A stretch of 64,000 nucleotides of DNA from Octopus vulgaris (lineage: Eukaryota): the NCBI GenBank assembly GCA_951406725.2, contig OX597815.1, positions 122,884,001-122,948,000 of the forward strand, read 5' to 3'. Every line of letters starts with the position of its first letter. Within the stretch, counting starts at the first letter, position 1. The notes beneath the pieces are model-generated. The model saw only the letters and a program-made list of their open reading frames with translations, was not told where the DNA came from and searched no databases. Below, piece after piece: positions 51,191 through 63,284 of the stretch. Both the position numbers and the translations under genes were made by a program.

Positions 51191-53134
51191 AAGTATTCCA
51201 CAGATATGTACTCTTAACATAATATCGATGTGATTGATTACCAACTTGGATCTCTGAATTACAAGTACAATCCAACTGATGGGCTTCCACAGCTTCCCTC
51301 TATCCAATTTCATTCATAAAACTTGAATCAACACAAGCCATGATATAAGATATTTATCCAAGTGCAAGACCAATTTTGTATTAGAGCATAGTTACATGAA
51401 CTGACCAGAGTATAGTAAATTATTAGTACTTCACTAAGTCCATGAGAAATGAAGGCAACAGAAAGAATTTTGATCCAAAACAACCAAAGTATTGAACTGT
51501 AAAGCATCACATCTGAAACTACTAACTTTATTAGCTCCACTTTTCTTGTATTAGTAACACATCACAATTGTTTATACAAATCATAGCTTTGCAAATAAAA
51601 ATAAATTACACTAATATATTGTAGTTTATTATATGTACATTTTCCTATGCTAACATGGGTTAGACATATATACATATTACTGCAGCACTGTCTTACAATC
51701 AGATGTCCTTCCGTTTATTGACCCTTGGATTCTTATTCCACACCACTTCAAATGCAAGGAGCTAGTGGGCAATTTGTTGACAGAAAAATGTCAACAACTG
51801 TCCATAGTTCAGAACTTTTTCATGCACACTAAGGAAATATAAACATTCACACACAGAGGCACAGATGAGCTTTGTACAGTTTCTATCTAATTCACTCAGA
51901 AGGCATTGGTTAGTTTGGGGTTATTGTAAAAAAACATTTGCTCAAGGTATCAGGCAGTGGGACTGAACCTGAAACCACATGATTGAGATTGAGAAGCTGT
52001 ACTGTTATGTCTATATTTCAATACTGCATTGTAATATCATGTAAATACTGACTATGCTTGCTCTAACATGTTAATAACAGCTATACAAGATATCTGGAAA
52101 TGATACAAAATAAGAATCCACACATAAATATCATGCAATATCAAGACAAGGAGTCACAAACACACATACGTTAGGCTTCTTTCAGTTTCCATCTACCAAA
52201 TTTACTCACAAGGCTTTGGTTAGCCTTGTTTTGTAAAAGACACTTCCCCATGCAGTGGGGCTGAAAACAAAATCATGTGGTTGAGAAACAAATTTTTTAA
52301 ACCAGACAACCACATCTGCGCCCATAGTTAATGAAAATAATTTGCAAACTTTTCCTTTCACAACATTTGTTGAATATGTAGTAAATGGTAAACTAGATTC
52401 TGAAAATGTATGGAAATTCAGGAGTAAAACAGGTAAAGGTACATTCTAAGGTCTTAGCTTTTTAAAACAGAAATGAAAATATTTTAAACAAACAAAACAG
52501 TTTTACTTCAAAAATGTAGGCACTAAAATATTTTGCTCACATTGCCTTAAAGATGAAATATAATCAATCAAAAAAATTACTTGTTAGAAAATTAAAGAGA
52601 AATAGCAACTAGAAATTCTACCTACCATGGTATTATATTGCACATACTCATTTCATTAACACCTATTAGAAATAATAGCCATTGCACTTGATATCTTTCA
52701 TTTGTAGAAAGTAAAAAAAATCATTTCCATGTGGTTTTAAGTTCAGTCCCAGTGCATGGCACCTTGGGCAAGTTATCTAATATAGCACTGGGCCAACTAA
52801 TGCCTTGAGAGTGAATTTTGTAGGCAGAAACTGTGCAGAAGCCTGTTGTATATTGTGTGTGTGTGTATGCTCTGCTATCACTTGACATCTGGTGTTGGTT
52901 TGTTTACATCCCTGTAACAAAGTATTTCAGTGAAAGAGACCAACAGAATAAGAACCAGATTTATCCAAAAGAAAAGAAAAAAAATACAAAAAAATCCCAC
53001 TAGAGTCAATTTGTTTGATCAAACCCTTTAAGACAGTGCCCCAGCATGGCTACAGTTCAATGATTGAAAGAAGTAAAAGATTAAAAAAAAAAAAAAGAGG
53101 GTATAGTAGTTCACTGGAAACATTGTGTATTTTT

Positions 53135-53471
53135 TGTGAAATGCAACATGTCTGGAATGGCACAACAATGCAGAGTGGCCAATAATAACTGTTATAAATA
53201 ATTTAATTATTCATAGTCTATTCTTTTACTCTTATTTGTTTGTCATTTGACTGCAGCCATGTTGGAGCACTGCCGTTTTCAGAATATAAAAATTCCTTTT
53301 TCAAATGTTGCTAGGAAGTCACTGTTATAGTTGGTTTTCCAACGGTTTACAACAGTGATTCCATTACTTCCTAGCAATATCTGAAGAAGGAATTTTTAAT
53401 TAAATTATTTATAACAGTTATTGTAGTCTACTCTGCATTGTTGTGCCATTCCAGACACATTACATTTCATA
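53135..53471. repeat. Long fold-back palindrome with a SINE fragment (about 53212-53275) in the left arm
   Basis: tgtctggaatggcacaacaatgcagagt / actctgcattgttgtgccattccagaca, plus inner aaattcc...ttgctaggaagt / acttcctagcaa...ggaattt. Confidence 0.92.
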
Positions 53472-53573
53472 TGAAAAAAAAAAAAAAAATTATAAAGGTT
53501 GAAATTTTAAATTCTGTCCCAAATTAATATGTATTGAAGCTATAGAAACCCAATAAAATAAGAAAACACTTAC

Positions 53574-53639
53574 ACGACAGTTGTTGGAATACTATTAGCA
53601 GCAAAATTACACTTATAATCCCTTTTGTACTAAATATGG
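53574..53639 (-). CDS. CUTA: Inferred CutA 66-nt exon encoding a hydrophobic signal/TM-like segment (IFSTKGIISVILLLIVFQQLS)
   Basis: ttgatttcag acceptor and gtaagt donor. Phase 1-1, joining in frame to the terminal exon (T+CT = Ser, then RFGFSR). Vertebrate CUTA has a comparable N-terminal hydrophobic segment. Confidence 0.72.
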
Positions 53640-54549
53640 CTGAAATCAAATGTGGAAACAAAGAAAATGAGTGGATAAATATGCAAATTCCACTTAAAAT
53701 ATCTAGTACTGAATATTATAACTGAAAAATTCATTTTAGAATTAAATACAAGAGAAATATAACACTTATTGCTACATCTGACAATGTTTAAATGTATTTG
53801 ATACATGGTTGTAGCAGCTCCAGAGGGCTAAACACAATAATTTCACATAAAATAGGCTTAATAAATAAGTGAATAAATAATTTAATCAAGTAGAAACTAA
53901 TTTTGAGTAGTGGTTTATTATCCAAATGTTCTTATATTTTTTCACTCAGTACATGCCTCCTTTTAGATAATGGGATAGTGCTCCCTAAGTTATATTTTTA
54001 TAGAAATAACTTAAGAAAGTGAGGATTTATATAATGAAATATTATATTGGATCTTTATTTCCATAAGTCATTTTTCTGCTCATTGATAATATATCCTTCT
54101 TATATTTTAATTTTGATAAAATTTTTTAAAGAAATATTTTTAGGTGCAGATATGGCTGTATGGAAAGAAGTTTGCTTCCCTACCACCTGATTTTGGGTTC
54201 AGTTCCACTGCATGACACCTTGGGCAAGTGTCTTCTACTATAGTCTCAGGCTGACTGACAGTAGACAGAAAATGAAAGAGTGGTTGATGTTAGGAAGGGC
54301 ATCCAGCTGTAAAAACTCTGCCAAAATAGACACAGAAGCACAAGGTAGTTTTTCTACCTGGCTAGCTCCTGTGAACCATCCTACCCATGTATGCATGAAA
54401 AATGGACATTAAACAATGATGATGATGATCTACAGGTGTCTGTGTTTGTCTCCCACCACCACCACCACTGCTTGACAATCAGTATTGGTGGGCTTGTGTC
54501 CTTGTAACTTAATGGTTTGGCAACAGAGACTGATAAAATAAATACCAGG

Positions 54550-55720
54550 CTTCGGTATCTCAGACAAGTAGCTTTTATTTATTCCCTTCCCCCGCGTAAC
54601 CTTGTTTATAAGTAGGTGGATAAAAACTATATAGCAAAACCTGTAAAAATAGATTGTATTTGTACTTCAAAAGACCAGCCGTGCTACCCAATTTTGTCTG
54701 GAGATTACGTTAAAGGTACAACCGCTTTTGAAATTTTCAATTACTTACACGCTAATTCAGTGATTAGGCATTTCAGTTAATCGAACATGGAATAAATCGA
54801 CTAAATGAGTTAATAACAATTTCTGGAAGAAAAAGAAAAGGCCGAGTTGTTTCCCCTTATAATTGGAAATACAAGGGAGATAAATCACATATAATACGAG
54901 TACGGCTGAACTACCCAGTAACCACCCACGAGGCTCACGATTCGAAGTCCTAATCAAAAGCTGCGTTGTTCACGATAAACACACCTCATTCCCATTTATA
55001 AGCCAAGAGAAAAATGTCCACCAAATATAATAGTATTTCATAATTGGATAATTTCGTTTTTAAACTATTGTTCATTGAAAAATTCCGACAATAACCAACA
55101 TTAATGAATAGTTCCATATTTACACGAACCCCCGGCAAATATCTTGCCAAACAGCATGGCCACACGTCCTAGCTGAAACCAGTAAAGGGCAGACAGGAAC
55201 TTATCATGATCATCTGCCGAGTACTTGTCAATCTTTGCAGAGAGGTTGCAGCAGCAATACCTAGTAAGCATCGAGGCAAAGGCCAGCAAATAACTGATCC
55301 TGTGATATTTGTCGCTACAATATCTGCTATACTTGATAAATGATTTGGAAATAAAACATGTTGATGTTTGAAGAAGTATAATTCAAAACGTGTAACCGAG
55401 TGACACTTAAAACCCAAAGCATTCAAAAAAAAAAAAACGATATATTTCTATACTTTTTTTACAACTATAAAATAGGAGTTAACTCAACACATTGATTACG
55501 TCCAACACCAAAAAAAAAAAAGAGAAGCGTACAAGGGGAACAACTCTGAGATGTTTATCTGGACATGGAGTTTCCTCTCCAATTCCCTTTCTTTTAAAAG
55601 TACCAAAATTAATAGATAAATAAATATAAATAATGGCGATGGAGCATAGTAAAATGGGTAACACACATTTGTAGATTTTTGGTAGATGTGCGAGGACATC
55701 ATAGATTTGAGAAGATCCTT
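54550..55720. promoter_or_regulatory. CpG-retaining, repeat-free region; likely CutA promoter, possibly bidirectional
   Basis: CG dinucleotides are visibly frequent here and scarce on both flanks. It lies at the 5' end of the inferred CutA exons. Confidence 0.6.
54749..54822 (-). other. CUTA: Inferred CutA upstream exon (74 nt) with two short uORFs
   Basis: Strong acceptor cttttctttttcttccag and donor gtaagt. Contains ATG TTC GAT TAA (CutA frame) and ATG CCT AAT CAC TGA (out of frame). Confidence 0.6.
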
Positions 55721-56273
55721 TCATCCTGTTTTGTCAATGTCAAGACAACTTTCTAGTGGTGGCATCATAAAAATGCACTCAGTACACAGTGTGATGTGGT
55801 TGGTGTAAGGACATTCAGACTTAGAAATCTTGCCAAATGAAAATGGACAAGAGATATGTTCTAGTCATCCACAGGAGGGCAGTAACTCCAAACAAGCTCC
55901 GACTTGAGCCATGATGACCTGTCCAATACATACTAGAATGGAAGGAATAGCTATCACATTTAACTATTGGTTAACTAAATATATATTCACCTCTCATATT
56001 TCCTTGACGTTTTATGTTTATATATCGCCATCATTTAACATCCGTTTTCCATGTTGACATGGGTTGGATGGCAAGCTGGAGAGCTGTACCAGGTATCAGC
56101 CTAATTTGGCTTGGTTTCTACAGCTGGATGTCCTTCCTAATGCCAACCACTATACAGTGTGCTGGGTGCTTTTTACATGAACAGGTATGGGTGTTATATA
56201 AGGGCATCCAGCTTACCAGTTTCAGTCAAACCGTCTAACTCCTGTTGGCATGGAAAGCAGACACTAAATGATA

Positions 56274-57960
56274 TCATCATCATCATCATTTAACGTCCGC
56301 TTTCCATGCTAGCATGGGTTGGACGGTTCAACTGGGGTCTGGGGAGCCCGAAAGCTGCACCAGTCCAGTCAGATCTGGCAGTGTTTCTACAGCTGGATGC
56401 CCTTCCTAACGCCAACCACTCCGAGAGTGTAGTGGGTGATTTTATGTGCCACCGACACAGGTGCCAGACGAGGCTGGCAAACGGCCACGCTCGGATGGTG
56501 TTTTTTATGTGCCACCGACACAGGTGCCAGATGAGGCTGGCAGACGGCCACGCTCGGATGGTGTTTTTATGTGCCACCGACACAGGTGCCAGATGAGGCT
56601 GGCAAACGGCCACGATCGGATGGTGTTTGTTACGTGCCCTCAGCACGGAGGCCAGTCGATGCGGTACTGGCTACGGCCACGTTCGGATGGTTTTCTTGTG
56701 TGCCACGTGCCACCGGCACTGGTACCACAAAGATACAAATTCCATTGATGTTCATCTATTTTGATTTGTTTTGATTTTCACTTGCCTCAACAGGTCTTCA
56801 CAAGTGTCACAAGAAGGAAGGTATGCACAGGTGGACTGACTACGTCCCAGGTAGGGGCCACAGGTTATGGCCTGACTAGTCTTGCCGGGTCTTCGGATGG
56901 TGTTTTTATGTGCCACCGACACAGGTGCCAGATGAGGCTGCCGAACGGCCACGATCGGATGGTGTTTGTTACGTGCCCACAGCACGGAGGCCAGTCGGTG
57001 CGGTACTGGCTACGGCCACGTTCGGATGGTTTTCTTGTGTGCCACCGGCACTGGTACCACAAAGATACAGTTCCATTAATGTTCATCTATTTTGATTTGT
57101 TTTGATTTGATTTGATTTGATTTCATTTTGATTTTCACTTGCCTCAACAGGCCTTCACAAGTATCACAAGGAGGAAGGTATGCACAGGTGGACTGACTAC
57201 GTCCCAGGTAGGGGCCATGGGATATGGCCTGACTAGTCTTGCCGGGTCTTCGGATGGTGTTTTTATGTGCCACCGACACAGGTGCTAGATGAGGCTGGCG
57301 AACGGCCACGATCGGATGGTGTTTGTTATGTGCCCACAGCACGATGGCCAGTCGATGCGGTACTGACTACGGCCACGTTCGGATGGATTTCTTGTGTGCC
57401 ACAGGCACTGGTACCACAAAGATACAAATTCCATTGATGTTCATCTATTTTGATTTGATTTGATTTGATTTTCACTTGCCTCAACAGGTCTTCACAAGTG
57501 TCACAAGAAGGAAGGTATGCACAGGTGGACTGACTAGTCTTGCCGGGTCTTCGGAAGGTGTTTTTATGTGCCACCGACACAGGTGCCAGATGAGGCTGGC
57601 GAACGGCCATGATCGGATGGTGTTTGTTACGTGCCCACAGCACGGAGGCCGGTCGATGCGAAACTGGCTACGGCCACGTTCGGATGGTTCTCTTGTGTGC
57701 CACCGGCACTGGTACCACAAAGTGTGTGCCACCGGCACTGGTACCACAAAGATACCGATTCCATTGATGTTCATCTATTCTGATTTGTTTTGATTTTCAC
57801 TTGCCTCAACAGGTCTTCACAAGTGTCACAAGAAGGAAGGTATGCACAGGTGGACTGACTATGTCCCAGGTAGGGGCCATGGGTTATGGCCTGACTAGTC
57901 TTGCCGGGTCTTCGGATGGTGTTTTTATGTGCCACCGACACAGGTGCTAGATGAGGCTGG

Positions 57961-57962
<2 letters not shown>
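56274..57962 (-). repeat. RTE 3'-end-derived tandem array: about four units of 330-360 bp plus three 62-bp subunits, ending in a (GAT)n tail
   Basis: ttcatctatt recurs at about 56751, 57082, 57440 and 57770. tttatgtgccaccgacacaggtgccaga recurs at about 56441, 56504 and 56566. Confidence 0.92.
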
Positions 57963-58001
<39 letters not shown>

Positions 58002-58441
58002 CACACACATAATTGTAAAGAAGTACAGGGGTCTCCAATGGTTTTTATAAGAGCATTCCAGCTACTGATTCAACAAAACTGCTAATCCACTGAATTACAA
58101 TGTAAGGATATTCCATAGACACTTGTACTAATATAATTCTCAGATAGAATCAGCATGGCATAGAGTGTAACATAGCTAGTTTTTTGAATTACAGGTACAG
58201 CCTATTCAATGGATTTTCACACATCTATCTAGCCACATGCACACAAGATGTCATACAGTAGACTAAGTAGAACAAAGTTATGAGAAAAGTGAGATAAGAA
58301 AATAGGGAAGGTGATAAAGGTGGAGAAAGAAGAGGAAAGAATAAAACTGAGCAAAAGAATGTTGCTAAGTTCACCTGGGTCATATATGCTCAATTGAAAC
58401 ATCCTTTCTAACTCTTTACGAGTCACTAGGTTTATGAAGTA

Positions 58442-58643
58442 CAGTAATCTCTCACCATATTGTGGTTCACCTATCGCAGAAACAGTACATCACGGATTTT
58501 TCTGACTAATATATGTAAATCTATATTGTGGACACTGTACATATGGGGATCTGCGGCCAATAGGCATTTATATTTTTTTAGATTTTAATTATTTCTGTGC
58601 GAGGTTTTGAAATGTAACACTCATGATAGTCCAGGGATTACTG
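58442..58643. mobile_element. Tigger/pogo-type MITE, CpG-decayed copy of 26648-26837
   Basis: TA|cagtaatctctc...cagggattactg|TA. The interior aligns with the first copy. Confidence 0.85.
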
Positions 58644-59109
58644 TAATAGGACATCACATACAAAAATATTGTTTTTTTAGAGCCAAGTCTGGGAATGAGT
58701 TTGAAGATATCACCATTATTAAGCACAGCTGTGACTGTGTGGTTAAGTAGCCTTGGGTTCAGTCACACTGCTCAGCATCCTGGGGAAGTGTCTTTACTAG
58801 AGCCCTGGGTCTACAAGGGATTTTAAGTGGATTTGGTAGATGGAAACTGAAGAAACATATTGCGTGTATACACACACACATGTATCATCATCATCGTTTA
58901 ACGTCTGCTTTCCATGCTGGCATGGGTTGGACCATTTGACTGAGGACTGGTGAACCAGATGGCTGCACCAGGCTCCAATCTGATCTGGCAGAGTTTCTAC
59001 AGCTGGATGCCCTTCCTAATGCCAACCACTCAGAAAGTGTAGTGGCCATGCTCAAATGATGTATATATGTATGTGTGTGTGTATATATATATATATATGT
59101 TTGTGTGTA

Positions 59110-60838
59110 TATCATCATCATCGTTTAACGTCCATTTTCCGTGCTAGCACTGGTTGGATGGTTCGACTGGGGTCTGGGAAGCCAGGAGGCTGCACCAGGC
59201 TCTCGTCTGATCTGGCAGTGTTTCTACAGCTGGATGCCCTTCGTAACGCCAACCACTTCGTAACGCCAACCACTCCGTGAGTGTAGTGGTTGCTTTTTAC
59301 GTGCCACCGGCACAGGTATCACAACTACTATTTCCATTTGATATTTATTTTGATATTGATGTACTTGACACAATAGTTCTCCTCAAGCACAGCAGGTCAC
59401 CCTATGATTCAAGGTAAGCACAGCGGGTCGTTCTGCAATCCAAGGTACTTTGGATGGGCAGGGGCTATGTGAAACTGGTGCAGGAAGCAGCCCGGGTCTT
59501 TGCAGTCACAGCATATCTCCAGAGATCTTGGTCTTTCGTCATTGCCTCTATGAGGCCCAATGTTCAAAGGTCATGCTTGACTACCTCATCCCATGTCTTC
59601 CTGGGTCTACCTCTCCCCCTGATACCGTCAACTGTTTGGGAGTGGCACTTCTTCACACATCTCTCCTTATCCATCCACAGTACATGTCCATACCAGCGCA
59701 AACGTCTCTCTTGCACACCACATCTGATGCTTCTTATGTTCAGCATTTCTCTCAGGGCGCTTACACTCTGTCGTGTGTGCACACTGACAATACACATCCA
59801 GCGGATCATGCTAGCTTCATTTCTTTCAAGTCTACGCATGTCCTGCAGTCACAGCCCATGTTTCACTACCGTGAAGCATGGCGGTTCGCACACATGCATC
59901 ATACAATCTACCTTTCACTCTGAGCGAGAGACCCTTTGTCACCAGTAGGGGTAGGAGCTTTCTAAACTTTGCCCAGGCTATTCGTATTCCAGTGGTGACA
60001 CTCTCTGAGCATCCACCCCCACTACTAACTTGGTCACCTAGGTAGAAGAAACTATCAACTACTTCTAGTTTCTCCCCCTGGAGTGTGATGGAATCTGTTT
60101 TCTGAGTATCTGTGGTGTCTATTGCCCCTGTGCATCTGCCGCACATGAAAGCTATCTTATCAGTTAATTTTCTTTTGATGGTGCTGCACCTCTTATGCAT
60201 CCATAGCTTACACTGGGTACATCTTATGGAGTTTCTACCTACACCTTTCCTACAGATCGAGTAGGGCCACCTGCCTGAGGGTGTGTGTCATGAGTTCGCC
60301 TTTCTGCTTACTATAACTTTGGTCTTTGCTACATTTACTCTAAGGCCCGTTGATTCTAAACCTTGCTTCCACACCCAAAATTTCTTTTCTAGTTCCAGTA
60401 GTGATTCTGCTATGAGGGCCAGGTTATCAGCATAGGGGAGCTCCCAGGGGCAACCCATCTTGAATTCCTGTTATTGCCTGGAGGACTATGATGAATAAAA
60501 GGGGACTGAGGGCTGAACCTTGGTGGACCCCTACTTCCTACCAGGAAATTTTTCACTATACTCATTGCTAATCCTAACCTTGCTGACAGCCTCTGTATAG
60601 GGCCTGTACAGCCCTTATTAGCCATTCATCAATTTCCAGTTTCCGCATCACCCACCAGATAAGGGATCGGGGGACCCTGTCAAAGGCTTTCTCCAAGTCC
60701 ACGAAAGCTATGTATTTCTCCTGCAGTTGTCGAACCAGGAATATGGCATCAGTGGTGCTTCTACCCGGCACAAAACCGAACTGCATCTCATCTAAGCAAA
60801 CTCTCTCCCTAATGAGATGGGCTATGACCCTCTCTGTG
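59110..60838 (-). mobile_element. RTE LINE, 5'-truncated: RT domain through 3' tail, with an inserted PHD-like Cys/His segment; frameshifted
   Basis: QFGFVPGRSTTDAIFLVRQLQEKY, AFVDLEKAFDRVPR, HQGS, YAD-N, LEVVDSFFYLG, KGRLYDACVRTAMLHGSETW, RRLRWYGHV, RGRPRKTW. Confidence 0.96.
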
Positions 60839-61156
60839 ATATGTATATATTATGTATATGTATATATATATATATATATATCACGTGATCATGTGACTGA
60901 CCAGGCTATTAGATGTTGCTAGACATCACTGGTCACAATGCGCTTCGCATTGTTTTAGCCTTCAAATGATGCCGCTAACAGAAGAAAGAGTACAGCAGGG
61001 ATCGCCACCACTCCCTGCCAGAGCCTCGTGGAGCTTTAGGTGTTTTTGCTCAATAAACACTCACAATGCCCAGTCTGGGAATCGAAACCACAAGTCCGCT
61101 GCCCTAACCACTGGGCCATTGCACCTCCACACACACACACATATATATATATATAC

Positions 61157-61560
61157 GTTTCCCTCCTGGCCCCTCTAAACTTCTCTTCACTCTCAACATC
61201 CAGAGCCTTTACACGGTGATCCCTCATCATGTGGGGCTGCATGCACTCCATCATTTCCTTGACCTTTGACCCAACCCCCAACCTGACACATCCACACTCG
61301 TTTGTCTGGCTGAACTTGTCCTCTCACTCAACTACCTCTCGTTCATGGTTGATTTTTACCAGCACCTCTCAGAAGTGGCCATGGGAACGAGAATGGACCT
61401 CAACTATGCAAACCTGTTTGTTGGCTACATTGAGACCCAAATATTTTCAAGTTTCACTGGTCCCACTCCCAAACTATATGAATGTTATATTGATGACTGT
61501 ATCGGTGCGACCTCACCCTCCTGCAAACATCTAGACTCCATCCTCTCCTTTGTCAAATTT
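61157..61560 (+). mobile_element. Penelope-like element reverse transcriptase fragment
   Basis: Manual translation LFTLNIQSLYTVIPHHVGLHALHHFLD...TLVCLAELVLSLN...VAMGTRMDLNYANLFVGYIE...YIDDC shows PLE RT motifs (SLYT-x-IP, AMG, YIDD). Confidence 0.9.
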
Positions 61561-62199
61561 AGAAAATATTAGCTTTTATTAAAACTAAAAATTTTATTAC
61601 AAGTTGTTCTATTTGTTATTACTTGTTACTTCTATTAAAACTAAAAAATAACTCAGAATATTCTTTTGCACTTAAAAAAAATTCATTTTTTTAATCAATA
61701 ATTGAAAATAAGTAATAAAAAATAATAGTACATAATTAGTACAATAAATAGAATAATACAAAAGTTAGTTATATATTACAGTAAAATCCACTTATAACAA
61801 ATCCACAGTAAAATTTGCTTGAGTTATTACCAGTCTTCACATTTTTAGTCTTGACCCAATGCCTATTTTTTACATAATGAATTTGTCTACCACATATACT
61901 ATTCCACTTCACATAAAACTTTAGCTACATTGGTACTTCTAGCTCTCATTTTTTAAGTATTCTAGTGTCAATATTTTAACAAAATGATGGTACCTTTTTT
62001 AACTAAAATGTTACTGTGTAAATTAAAATCAAATAAGTTTTAATATTCAAATTTTATCCTTAGCTGCAATATTTTAAGTAGAAATTTTCTTGTTCTGTAC
62101 TTTATCAGATGTAATAAGTTGTCCTGAGCTTTTCCAAGTGTAATAACTTGTCCTGTAATTTTTCCAGGTTTATAATCTTAAGAATACTATTTCTCTTGC

Positions 62200-63284
62200 A
62201 CAGGTTGGACAGTTGAACTGGCAAAGTTTCTACAGCTGGATGCCCTTCCTAATGCCAACCACTCCAAGAGTATAGTGGGTACTTTTTATGTGCCACCAGC
62301 ATGAGGGCCATGCTTGAATGGTGCTTTTTACATGCCATCGGCATGGGAGCCAGTCAGGCAGCACTGGCAACAACCATGACAATGACTTCACTTGACTCAA
62401 CAGGTCTTCACAAGCACAGTTTATTGCCCAATGATTGAAGGGTACTCTCAAACGGGCTGGTTATGCTGCACTGGCATAGGCCACAATTACAGTCTCACTT
62501 GCCTTGCCAGGTCTTCTCATGCATAGCATATCTCCAAAGGTTTTAATCACTCGTCATCGCCTCCATGAAGCCCAGCATTCAAAGGTTGTGATTCACCACC
62601 TCATCCCAGGTTTCCACAGGTTCCCTCTACTGCTAGGGTGTGACATTTTTTCACACAGCTGTCCACATCCATATGCAACACATAACCATACAGTGCAGTT
62701 GTCTCTCTTGCGCACCACATCTGATGCTTCTTATGTCCAACTTTTCTATCAGGGCACTTGTTAGCCTTCCTTTGATATTGCTGCACCTCTTATGTTTCCA
62801 TAGCTTACACCAGGTACATCTTATGGATTTTCTACATACGCCTTTTCTACAGATTGAGCAGGGTCATCTACCTGAAGGGATTTGTAAATTGTCTGCCTCC
62901 CTACTTATTAAGACTTTGGTTTTTGCTAGATTGATTCTAAGGCCCTTTGACTCTAGACCTTTCTTCCACACCTGAAACTTCTCTAGTTCTGATAGTGATT
63001 CAGCTATTAGAGCAAGGTCATCAGCATAGAGAAGCTCCCAGGGGCACCCTGTCTTGAATTCCTCTGTTACTGCCTGAAGGACTATGATCAATAAGAGGGG
63101 GCTGAGGACTGATCCTTGGTGGACCCCTACCCCTACCCAGAATTCTTCACTATACTTGGTGCCAACCCTCACCTTACTGACAGCATTCCTGTATATGGCT
63201 TGTACAGCTCTCACTAATCACTCATCTATCCCTAGTTTCCACACTAACCACCAGAAAAGGGATCGGGGGACCCTGTCAAAGGCT
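62200..63284 (-). mobile_element. Second RTE LINE copy with internal deletions
   Basis: AFDRVPR, VGVHQGSVLSPLL, ELLYADDLAL, GLRINLAKTKV, CVKKCHTL and a 3' UTR like 56290/59120. Confidence 0.93.

Noticed and set aside
56440-57962. CRISPR-like array or repeat-protein ORFs
   Set aside because: Units are contiguous with no unique spacers, there are no cas genes, and the sequence derives from an RTE 3' end.
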